Positions 1 through 10,373 of a DNA stretch of 64,000 nucleotides are shown piece after piece. The position numbers were made by a program, and so were the translations under genes. The DNA is from Minutocellus sp. GHC0000111 (lineage: Eukaryota). Within the stretch, counting starts at the first letter, position 1, and the number at the start of each line of letters is the position of its first letter. The DNA is taken from NCBI GenBank assembly GCA_977018835.1, contig OZ361260.1:930001-994000 (forward strand), given 5' to 3'. Below the pieces are notes generated by a model. It saw only the letters and a program-made list of their open reading frames with translations, was not told the DNA's origin and ran no database searches.

Positions 1-1520
1 TATTAAAAAGTCATGATGTTGCAGCCACTGCCTTAGGGGCGGCAACGACGGCAACTTTTGAGGATGTCGCGGCCTTGTCGCAACCGGAAGCCGATGCGAT
101 CGATGATGCCGACGAAACGACCAAGGTGGGCGTCCTTCTGCTCAACCTGGGAGGTCCCGAGACCGGAGAGGACGTGGAAGGTAAGCTTATAGGAGTCTTT
201 TTGCGATGAGAATTTGCTTGCGCTGAATTTAATTGCACGATATAGTATGTCTCAATAACTAACTCCGGCTTCGGCTTCTCATTCATATGACTCGACTCGA
301 CTCCTTTCGCAGTATTCCTGTTCAATCTATTTGCCGATCCGGATATCATCCGGCTGCCGAAGCCACTGGCACCGCTACAGAGCGTGATTGCCAAATTTAT
401 TTCGAAGCGAAGAGCACCAAAGTCCCGCGCGGCGTACGAGTCCATCGGCGGCGGGAGTCCGATCCTCAAATACTCCAACGCGCAGGCCGACCTCGTTGCC
501 AAGTCGCTCAAGGAGCGGTATGACATTGACGCCAAGACATACGTGGGGATGCGATACTGGTATCCCTTCACGGAGGAGGCACTGGAAAAGGTCAAGGAGG
601 ACGGGATCAATGCTCTGGTCATCATCCCGCTGTATCCGCAGTTCTCCATCTCGACGTCGGGGTCCAGCCTGCGGGTACTGCAGGAGGAATTCGCACGGAG
701 CAAGGAGGAGTGGGGAGAGCAGAAGCTGGTCCACACGGTCGTTCCGTCGTGGTACGACCGGCCGGGATACGTCGGGGCGATGGCGGACCTGATCAAGAAG
801 GAGCTGGACGCGTTCACCCCCGAGCAGATTGCCCAGGGCACTGCCGATGGAAAGCAGGACTGCGCGCGACACGTGCTGTTTTCGGCTCACGGGGTGCCGC
901 AATCGTATATCGAAGCTGGAGATCCGTACCAGAAGCAAATTCAAGAGTGCGTCCGTTTGATATCGGATGCCCTCCCGGGAGAAGAGGACGGCGTCAAGAT
1001 TCATCTCTCGTACCAATCCAGAGTAGGACCGATCGAATGGCTCCGACCCTATACCGACGATGTCCTTCCAGAGCTTGGCGAGGCCGGTGTGAAGAATCTG
1101 GTTGTGGTTCCCATCAGCTTCGTTAGCGAACACATTGAAACATTGGAAGAAATTGATATCGAATATCGCGAGCTTGCGGAAGAATCTGGCATTACCAACT
1201 GGAGGAGATGTCCCGCTCTCAACACGGAGTCTGCCTTTATTGACGACATGGCCGACATGGTAGTGGAAGCTCTTAGCGAGCCCAGCCAGACGGTGACCGA
1301 AGCCTGCGTGGCGAACAATGTTGGCAACTTGGACCTTCAGAGCGTCGATGGTCAAGCCGAGATCCAAAGCGCGGGAGTTGGTGGCGTCGGAGGTGACTCT
1401 GAACTGCGGATGAGGATGGGTGAGCGATTCAACGGCCGAGTGGCAATATTCGGAGTCCTCACCACACTTCTCATTGAATTGCTGAGTGGCAAGCCAATCA
1501 CCAATCTACTTGGCTTCTAA
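1..1520 (+). CDS. hemH: Ferrochelatase, plastid type with C-terminal CAB-like helix (5'-partial; intron 181-312)
   Basis: KVGVLLLNLGGPE / FLFNLFADPDIIRLP, YESIGGGSP, LFSAHGVP, YQSRVGPIEWL and SFVSEHIETLEEID motifs; GTAAG..CAG intron joins the frames. Confidence 0.95.
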
Positions 1521-1667
1521 AATGGCTGCCACTGTAGCGACATGAAATAGATTCAATTTGTCATAGTAGAAATCGCTAGTATTATATTGAAATTTGCGAT
1601 GCAGTGTGCATCGCCATTTTCTCCAATGCTTCTAAGCTACGTGTACTACAGTACCGATATCGGTGTC

Positions 1668-2555
1668 TCATGTCGTTAGAGACATGATGGCATTGACCAG
1701 ATCGCCGTCGTTCTCCTTTAGAGCGGCAACAGCCTTGGCCCGGGAGCAGGAGGCCTGGGACATGACGAGCTCGATGTCCTTGGCCTCAACGCCGCTGTCA
1801 TCGACGGCCTCGTCGGCGTCGTCATCCAAGGTAGGCACATCACCGCTGCCATCCTTGTCCTGGAGGGCAGCAGCGGCCTTGGCCTGCTGCATAGCGGCTT
1901 GTTGCATGGCGGCCTGCTGTCCGCCGTGGTACGCCTCGCCAAAGATAACATAGGATCCATTCTTCTCATACACGTCTGGAGAGTCGATGGCAAAGTACCC
2001 TCCACCCCTGGGCTTGAAGGTGACGCGCGAAATGTCCGATACGGGACGCATGTTGAGGCGCTGCATCATCTTCCGGGCCTTCTTCTCGGCGCGGTTGAGC
2101 TGCCGAGCAGACGGATCTGCGCCTTCCACGGTAGCACCGATACCATCTTGTTCTTCGAGATCTGGAACATCATCGTCATCGTCAGAGTCCTCCTCCAGAG
2201 TCTTGGCCTTCATCTTGATGGCCGCCTCGGTAGCTGCATCGTCATTGGCCTCATCCTTTTCCTCACCCGCATCAGCACCAGCCGCCCCCGCGGCAGCACC
2301 GAGCAAACTCTCGGCCGTCACCTTGGTCCCACTCTTCCCGCCCTTCAAAGCCTTGACCTCGTTGAACGACTTCAAGTTTTCGTCGGCGTCCTTGCCGTAG
2401 TTGGTCTTCCTCAGTCGCTCCTGCTCGGCCTTGAGGGCCTCTTCTTCCGCCTGGGGCGTGGAGAGGGCTCGGCCGCCCTTTTGAGCCAAGGCAGACGCAT
2501 GCGTCTTCGTCACGCCCTGCTGCCGAAGTGACTCGAGCTCTTCTTGGACTCCCAT
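1668..2555 (-). CDS. NACA: Nascent polypeptide-associated complex alpha subunit, copy 1 (N-terminally extended)
   Basis: NRAEKKARK NAC domain, YVIFGEA, C-terminal UBA KDIELVMSQASCSRAKAVAALKENDGDLVNAIMSLT. Confidence 0.92.
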   Translation of the reverse strand: MGVQEELESLRQQGVTKTHASALAQKGGRALSTPQAEEEALKAEQERLRKTNYGKDADENLKSFNEVKALKGGKSGTKVTAESLLGAAAGAAGADAGEEKDEANDDAATEAAIKMKAKTLEEDSDDDDDVPDLEEQDGIGATVEGADPSARQLNRAEKKARKMMQRLNMRPVSDISRVTFKPRGGGYFAIDSPDVYEKNGSYVIFGEAYHGGQQAAMQQAAMQQAKAAAALQDKDGSGDVPTLDDDADEAVDDSGVEAKDIELVMSQASCSRAKAVAALKENDGDLVNAIMSLTT

Positions 2556-3924
2556 GGTTGTTCTACAAGCGTGACGAATATATGTCCCTCTGCTCTCGGC
2601 AAGTCAGTGCTGACCGGAGACCGGATTTTATCCGATTGATCGTGGGAATTGCAAGCAGAATGATGCGATGGAAATCCTCTGGTCCGTCCGTCCACCCGAC
2701 GCGTTCGTCTGCTGGCGAAGTCCAAGTCATCTTTCAATCCATTCCATGCGGATCATAGACTAGAAGAAGATCATAGATCCACATGGATTGGAACTCATTG
2801 CCGTTATAACGCATGTGTCTACTACTCGTACGTAGCTAGCTAGGTATATGAGCTAGATCTACCGACATAGATCTACCGGTACATGTACGTAGCTAGAGAC
2901 CTACAATGTACCGTGGTGTGTGGTGGTGTCCATGCATCTTTCTTTAAGGCTGATTGTAACTTGGTCTGTTTCTGGCTTTAATCGAAAGTAAGTCTTGGTT
3001 TTCGACTGATTCAAGAGCTCACACGTCGCGTCATGTACACAACATCTTCCCGCTAAGTTAACATATGTACATGTAGCCTAGCTTAAATCTATCTATCGTA
3101 ATGAAAGGTTAGAACCAAATTCAATTGAATAGGTAGCCTCATTTGCATCAGTAAGAACGAATGTCAACAACAGAAACGAAAAATCGCAATGGTAAACATT
3201 GTAGGGTTGCAGGGTAGTAAGATTGAGTGCGGGTGAGATAAGAACCAGTAGGTCTACGTATACATGTACATCTAGTCGAGGTCACGATCTCTCCAAGCGT
3301 TGGGATGACTGGCCGGTACAAAGCCTTCGAAAGTGGTTGCCAGATTAAGTCTGGCTGATTGGCTCCCGGCAGTTCTTCTCGGCACGGTCACTTCTGTGTC
3401 GTCCTCGACCGTTGCTATTACAGATGCTACTGTAGCATTAGTGAGAGCATTGATCGGTAGATCTATTTGTAGAATAATCTACCAATTGGTACTGGAGTTA
3501 CTCAGGTACCGGCACGCAGTCCTTTCAACTCCTCTTCGTTTTTTACTACCGGTACATGTACCGATATTAGATCTAGAGCTAGCTAGAGGTCTACATGTAG
3601 AATACCGGTACATGTAGACTACATCTAGTAGACGACTAGCTAGATAGATCTAGATCTAGCTAGTAGAGACAGTCTACCGTGCACGGTGAATCATTTTCGC
3701 TACCGGTATTTTATTTTTCTGCTTTCATTTCGTTGTCGAGGGGTTTCGAACTTTTACTGTCATTTTTCATTCAATGCCAATGTCCAAACATTTTATGCAA
3801 ACAAGCATACAAACCAGCTGCCGACATAAATTTAACGGAAATGCTTCTGTCGGCCAAGCAAGTTACTCTAATTCAATCATTCAGTACAGGTGAACTTCTT
3901 CTTCTTCTTCTTTCTAGCAGAGAT

Positions 3925-6150
3925 CTACTGTTCCTCGGGTTTCAGGGATGTGAGGAAAGGTAGAATCCAGTTCTCATCAGCATTGTAGACTTCCTTAAGC
4001 TCCATGCCCTGGTCTCCACAGTCATCGTAGAGCTGATCGATGGAATTCTGGACGGTAGACCTGTACATACTTCCGGAGTTATCAACGAACAGGCCAATGA
4101 ACTGGACATTGTTGGAGGTGTAACCGTCCAATTCACAATATGAGGCCCAATCCTCGATAGCCCCGTTACGATCGATGCCGTACTTAATAACTTTGTTGCC
4201 GTCGTTGAGGAAGTTGTCGGGAAGGGAGAGGGGATCGTTGGCTTCATCAGCTGGAATCAGGAGGCAGAACGGACGATAGCGATATTCCTGCCTAAATAGA
4301 TCCCAGAGATCTTCTTGCGTGCATGGAGTATTGCCGTTCCAGTTGTTGCAGTTGAAGTCGTCGTCCTCATCGATAACTGCAACACACGGTGCAAGCAGAT
4401 CCTCATCGAAGCACAGGCAGGAGTAAGGATCGCATTTTTTGCCAACAGCGCAACTGACCTTGGAGCAATCGCATTCAGGATCTTCAACATATGGTTCGTC
4501 CTCATTACAGGGCCATTTGGTTGAGGATCCCACGATAATGAGGTCATCGAAGATGGCATACGGTACGCTTTCAAGATCAAAGACGATCGTCACGTACCCG
4601 TCAGAAGATGAGGATACATCCAGACCAATCATATCGTAGCCCCAATCCAGCTTGAATGGTAGATCCGCGAGATCTGACCCACTTCCTTCACTTCCTTCGA
4701 GATCACCTTCATCGAGGGGCGGCTCACCCCAACCGTTGAAGTCTCCTTCAAGTTCGGGACTGTCCAAAACAGACACGTGGACTTTTGGTTTGTACAAACG
4801 GTTCTCGTAGGTGAATGGACCGCCGCATCCAGGAAGATTTGCAGCGGCGAGACTCATGCCGATGTTGAGGAATGAAAAGTCGTGAGTGTCTAGTGTGAGC
4901 GAAAGCTTGTCTTCTTCTTGATCGGAAAACATGCCGATGGCAAAGTTCCCACCGACGCCTTGAGGGTTTTCGAAAATCGGGTCTCCTTCAGAGTGATCGA
5001 GATTTCTCTGGAGGCCATCGAGATGGACGACCTCGACGGTCTCTTGCTGGTGAAACTTGAAGCCTGATTTAGAGAAAAGAATGTTGATGGCATCATCTCT
5101 AATGTCGGCACCGCCTCCACAACTAGAGAAAACACGACGATTGGGGTCCTCGAAGTCATTTAGGTAGAGGAGACGTTGCATAGGGACACCGGCGTTTTCA
5201 CCACCCCCTGTATCGTCGTTACGACCACTTTGATAGGCAGGGCAGTCCCCTAGATCGAAGCCACACTCTGGCGTCGAATATGCACCGCCATCGCATTCCC
5301 CGTCGCCTAGAAAATCGGGGACCTGAACATGACAATCAGGATATTCAGGGACGATACAATCGCCACCGTCCTTTTGTGGGATGCGAAGAAAGAGAGCAAA
5401 TCAAGCGACATCAGATAAAAAGTAGTAAAGATCCGAAATGAAGAGCATGCGAATTGTGAAGAAGAGCCGAAAGTTTATACGAACACTTACCCAGTCACAC
5501 TGCAAAGTGTTGTGCTCTTCTAGAAGCAAATCACAGCGCCCATCTGAGAGCCAGGATTGCATGGAAACATCGCAGGTGCCATCTGGGTCCGAATCACAGT
5601 CTCCTGCATCCCACCCGCAAGCTTCTGTCGCATATTCACCACCATCGCAGTGGTCGTCGGCCAAGTAAGTAGGGTCGCTCACATGGCAATCGGGGTAATC
5701 ATTGTGGATGCAGTCAGAACCATCCCAATCACAAGCATAAATATTGTACTCTGCCCCATCACATGTACCATCTCCAATCATGGATGGGTCATCAACATGA
5801 CAATCTGGAAGTTCATCAATGATGCAATCGCCTCCATCCCAACCACACTCCTCGACGTTGTAGACACCGCCATCGCATTCGCCATCACCGAGCCAGCTGC
5901 GATCCGGGACGCTACAAGACGCCTGGATGATTGCGGCAGTGGAAAGGTGACGTTCGTCCCTGACGTTCTCGCCTCGCTTCTTGGACATCTCCAAATGCTT
6001 CTCATCGGCTCCACGATTCATCTTCTTCGTCATCATCGCCTTCTTCTTCCTCTCCGCCAGATAATGACCCGTCTCCCCGAGGCGACGTCCAGAAGCAACG
6101 CTCGTCACACCGGCGAGGGCCACCACAAAGGCCACGGTTGAAATCTTCAT
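3925..6150 (-). CDS. Secreted protein with LNR (Lin-12/Notch)-like Cys repeats and a C-terminal vWA-like domain (intron 5371-5490)
   Basis: Signal peptide [14 protein letters not shown]; repeated LGDGxCDGGxYxxxxCxWDGGDC; splicing GTAAG(5490)..AAG(5371) joins to ORF 3925-5181; LFVDNSGSM motif. Confidence 0.8.
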
Positions 6151-6804
6151 GTCTTTTCGTTCCTCCACACTGAGTTGCTCAAATTATATTGTATTTTTGT
6201 GTTCTTTCAGTTCGATCTTTGTTTTATGAGGCAGATTGCAGTGCCTTGAAGGGCCGCAAAATCCGACGATGCGAAGCAGCGAAAACATTCCTCGCATCCA
6301 TCGCGTCGGCACGATTCATTCGTTCATTCAAATCCGACGATGCGAAGCATGCGTCGGCAGGTTTCATTCATTCATTCGGAAGAAATCTCGCTCAGGAAAC
6401 GAAAACGTTTCATATTTTATAAGCCAAGGAGAGACAATACTACCGCACGAACGTTCCTGTGCAAAAATGAGGAGAGGGACGCCACGTCACGGCGCTGCCC
6501 CCAAGTCACCATTGCTCCCGGCGCCATTGGCGCCATGGATGAAGCAATGAAGTCAATTGAAGTGTGCTGCTGCTGCTGGCGATGGCTGGCTGCTGCGGAA
6601 ACAGTTAGTTTCCCACGAGAAAACGAAACGCAAAACACAGAGATATTTTAATCTTAGAATCTTCTGTGCGACGCACCATGGAACAAATGCCGCATGCTGA
6701 CGCAAGGTTGCAAGGTGCCATGGTGCCATGACGACCATCGCGAAGACCAAACCGGCAGCTGCCAGTTGCCAGCGGTATCGCATCGGTAGTGCCAGCGGTA
6801 TGCC

Positions 6805-8915
6805 ATGCCATCGGCAGTGAGAGATGCCATCGGCGGCGACATCGCCGCTGTTGGCGACACCAACATCCGATATCTCTTCAACGACGGCGTTGCCTCCCAT
6901 CCCGTCCTCGAACTGCTTCCCGAGGATGAGAATCCCACCGACGACGTGACCCGAGGCGTCGTCAACGGCAACGAGAACAAGGAGGCCGTCGCCGCTACCA
7001 TCACCCCCTCCTTCGTTTTGGACGTTACGTGGCCTCGTGTGGCAGTGTTCTACCACCCCACGTCGGCCGCATGTCAGGACTTTACGTCCAATTACATTGC
7101 CCTGGCCCGCGCCGTACGACATCGGAGCAGCCGAGTGCCCGTCGCCTTTCATGCCGTGAGCTGCGCCGTTCACGATGAAGTGTGTGCCGAGTTTGAGATC
7201 CGTTCCGTACCGGTGATATTGGCCTTCAAGGCTGGGAGGGTCGATGGGCTGGCGCTCGAACGTACCCAGGATAACACCATTGACATTATGTCGGTTGCTG
7301 ATGTTTTGGAATTGAATTTGGGTCCAGCGGAGGATGGCCAATTTGAGAATGGTGGGGGTGATGGCAATGGGGGCAGGGGGCAAGATGCCGGCGTTATGGT
7401 GGCGGGCGGGATGGCTGGATCTACTACAAAGCATGCAGCAGCGGGGGGTATCAACAGGGGAGCCGGAGGAGGGGGAGGGATCCACCCGGCTACCCATCAC
7501 CATCATGCCGCAGCTTCTGCCGCAGCAGCTGCTGTTGCGGCGGCCGATCCGGAATCCACTGTGGTATTTTCAGACGCGGCCGCATCGTTTATTGTGTCCA
7601 TGGAGCAGACCGTCTACGATCCGAATGGACCAGACTCCCCACTGGCTCGTGAATTAGCCTACACTCTGAGAGAATATCTAGACTTGCTGCACTGGACCCT
7701 TCCACCGAACTGGCGTCAACACGATCTGATCAATGATTTGCGATCCGATTACGACACCATCATTAAGGGCCGAACTCAGCTTCTGCGGGTGCTGGATCGC
7801 CATCGAAACCCCGGCGACCGACCGAGCTGGAGCCGTTCCTGCGTCCGAGGACAATACATTGATCCCAACGAGACTGGTGGATTGGATGTGGTGCAGGAAT
7901 TCTCTGGATACAGCTGCGGTTTGCTCCGCATGTTTCACATATCGGCCATTGGCGTGGCGCAGCAGCACAGTCGAGTGTTGGGAGAAACCGATCGCGTCCG
8001 CCCGTCGCATGTTGCGACGGTCTTCCGAGACTACGTGGAATCGTTTTATGGAGGATCTTCCAGAATACTGAGACGAGTCTTTTTGGAATCCGTTGACGAC
8101 TGCCTGTTTGAGCTGTGCGGTAGTTTGGCAGATGTTCAAGCTGATACACCACAGTCCGATCCGGGTTGGCATGAGCTCACAGTATGGCTGTGGAACGTTC
8201 ACAATCACATTCGTTCGAGCATTGCATCCGGGGGAGCCGCCGTTGTACCGTCACAAGAAATAATGTGGCCAACTCAGGAGGAATGTCCGGCTTGCTTTGG
8301 TACATTGGGAGGTGTGGACAATGCCGCAATATATGATCATGTCAAGTCCGTCTACTGGCCAGCAGGAATCCAAAATCCTCGAATTATTGTCATCAAGCCA
8401 TGGCGTGGGAAGCGCCGGCCTCTCGGTAGATTGCGCTCGGCTGCGGGCGGGGTATTCACCGACTTGATCATAATCGTCCTGTTGGGTGCACTGGGGTTAG
8501 CTCTGAAACAGTACTGGATGAAAAATGACAAACGACTGAAAGAAAGAGGTGGAATATTTTTGACACATTCAACTGGAGTCTGCCAACTATTTCCATTGGG
8601 TCAAGCCGAAATAACAAGAGGAAAGATGGTGCGAATGGACGAACGGGTCTTCGTAGCTACGCACCTGGTAACAGAATGAGACAACGATATAGCACCGGAA
8701 GTAAAACGTCGGGGGGACAAGACCCAAGGGAAAGCTCATCAGGACTTGCTACAGGGCGAGGTAGATCAAGTGCTCGATCTGATAGCAGAAGCAACAACAG
8801 AGCAAGGAATGGTGGGGGGGGCATAGGAGGAGGAGGACTTGCCAATGGCAGGGGCTCAAGTGGCAGAAGAAGCGCAGCGAGTGGTCGGCATCATTCAGCG
8901 TTCATGAATGTATAA
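6805..8915 (+). CDS. QSOX-like protein (thioredoxin fold + Erv/ALR-like + TM), redox motifs degenerate; probable 1-nt frameshift at ~8557-8561
   Basis: GYSCGLLRMFH, WLWNVHNHIR, WPTQEECPAC, C-terminal TM; the shifted frame runs without a stop into ORF 8676-8915. Confidence 0.75.
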
Positions 8916-9194
8916 GTACCGGTAAAACTGTATCCATAGGTCTTCTAGTTCTATCTTAAATGGTTTAGACTTGACTCTAATGCAGAAGAGAGAGGAGAAA
9001 TGTCCGTCTCACCAAAGACGACGCCGGCCCAGAAATCTACGTAGTACGTACGTACAAAACCGGCACATATATGGAAAAGAAGAGAGAACGAGAAGGGAAA
9101 GGGTTAAAAGAGAAAGCTCATAACCCTTTACCTAGGTATTGGTCTGTCTGCCTCTCATTTTTTGAGTTACTCCTTACTTGACCCAATCTCAACC

Positions 9195-9749
9195 ATGACG
9201 GACGCTGAAATCAAGGCCAAGAAGCTCGAGGAATCCGACGACGACGACGTCCCGGATCTCGAGGAGCAGGATGAGGGTGCCGCCGCCGAGGGTGCCGAGG
9301 AGTCGGGCGAGGGCAAGCAGCTCAACCGCGCCGAGAAGAAGGCCCGGAAGATGATGCAGCGCCTCGGCATGCGCCCCGTGTCCGGCGTTGCCCGCGTCAC
9401 TCTCAAGACCGCCGGCAAGGGTGGATACTTCGCCATCGAGGGACCCGATGTCTTCGAGAAGAACGGCACCTACGTCATCTTCGGCGAGGCCCGCCAGGGA
9501 GGTGGCCTCCAGCAGCAGGCCGCCATGCAGCAGGCCAAGGCCGCTGCCGCCCTCCAGGACGATGTGGAGGTCCCCACCGTCGAGGACGCCGGTGATGATG
9601 CCGACGAGGCCGTCGATGACAGCGGCGTCGAGGGCAAGGACATCGAGCTCGTCGTGTCCCAGGCCTCCTGCTCCCGGGCCAAGGCCGTCGCCGCTCTCAA
9701 GGAGAACGACGGCGATCTGGTCAATGCAATCATGTCTCTGACAACGTAA
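9195..9749 (+). CDS. NACA: Nascent polypeptide-associated complex alpha subunit, copy 2
   Basis: Canonical-length NAC + UBA domains; strong C/G-ending codon bias. Confidence 0.95.
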   Translation: MTDAEIKAKKLEESDDDDVPDLEEQDEGAAAEGAEESGEGKQLNRAEKKARKMMQRLGMRPVSGVARVTLKTAGKGGYFAIEGPDVFEKNGTYVIFGEARQGGGLQQQAAMQQAKAAAALQDDVEVPTVEDAGDDADEAVDDSGVEGKDIELVVSQASCSRAKAVAALKENDGDLVNAIMSLTT

Positions 9750-10373
9750 AGCTAGAGTTGTGTCTTTATGCATGTACAATTCCTAAGTGCATATTGTTTA
9801 CATATTATTTGTATGATTTTGACTAATAGATGTGAAATACTTCGGGCGCAGGGTACTCGCCATCACTTGTTGTTATCGATGCTGACGGAAAGTCTTGTTC
9901 AAGAAAAAAGTCAGGGCAAAAAAGAGAAGGACGATTGATTGTTGGATGCGATGCGAGGCGAGGCGAAAGTGATTCACAACAAGCCGCACCATGCCAATCA
10001 GTACCTTTCTCCATCACGCGAGCCAGCAGAAAGATCATACCCATGTAATGAAGTACCGGTACGAAGATCCCCCCCCCCCCATGCGCATGCATGCACCCCA
10101 TTTCATCGAGTCATGATGACGTCCCATCGAAGCCGTTGGCGATGGCCATCGAACGAGCCATGAGCCCATGCCGTCGATGCGATATTCGATACCGATACCG
10201 TACTACCACGGGCAGCCTCTACCTCTCCGGCTGTGGATCGACCAGAATTGCGTACACCCCAAGCGCTCGGTGCAGTCTATACTCTGTGATAGAGTGTAAG
10301 CCTTGACTGGAGCCCACAGTACCCTCCCTGCCTGGTGACACATAACGACTGTGTGGGCGACCGTTTGCTCGAC

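Noticed and set aside
11..1367. Long antisense ORFs over ferrochelatase (and similar ones over NACA, HMG, gnd, ARL2)
   Set aside because: Shadow ORFs caused by GC-rich codon usage; no motifs
6259..6375. 20-bp direct repeat AAATCCGACGATGCGAAGCA with TTCA runs in a divergent promoter
   Set aside because: Real but only two copies; best explained as a local duplication, with no supportable function
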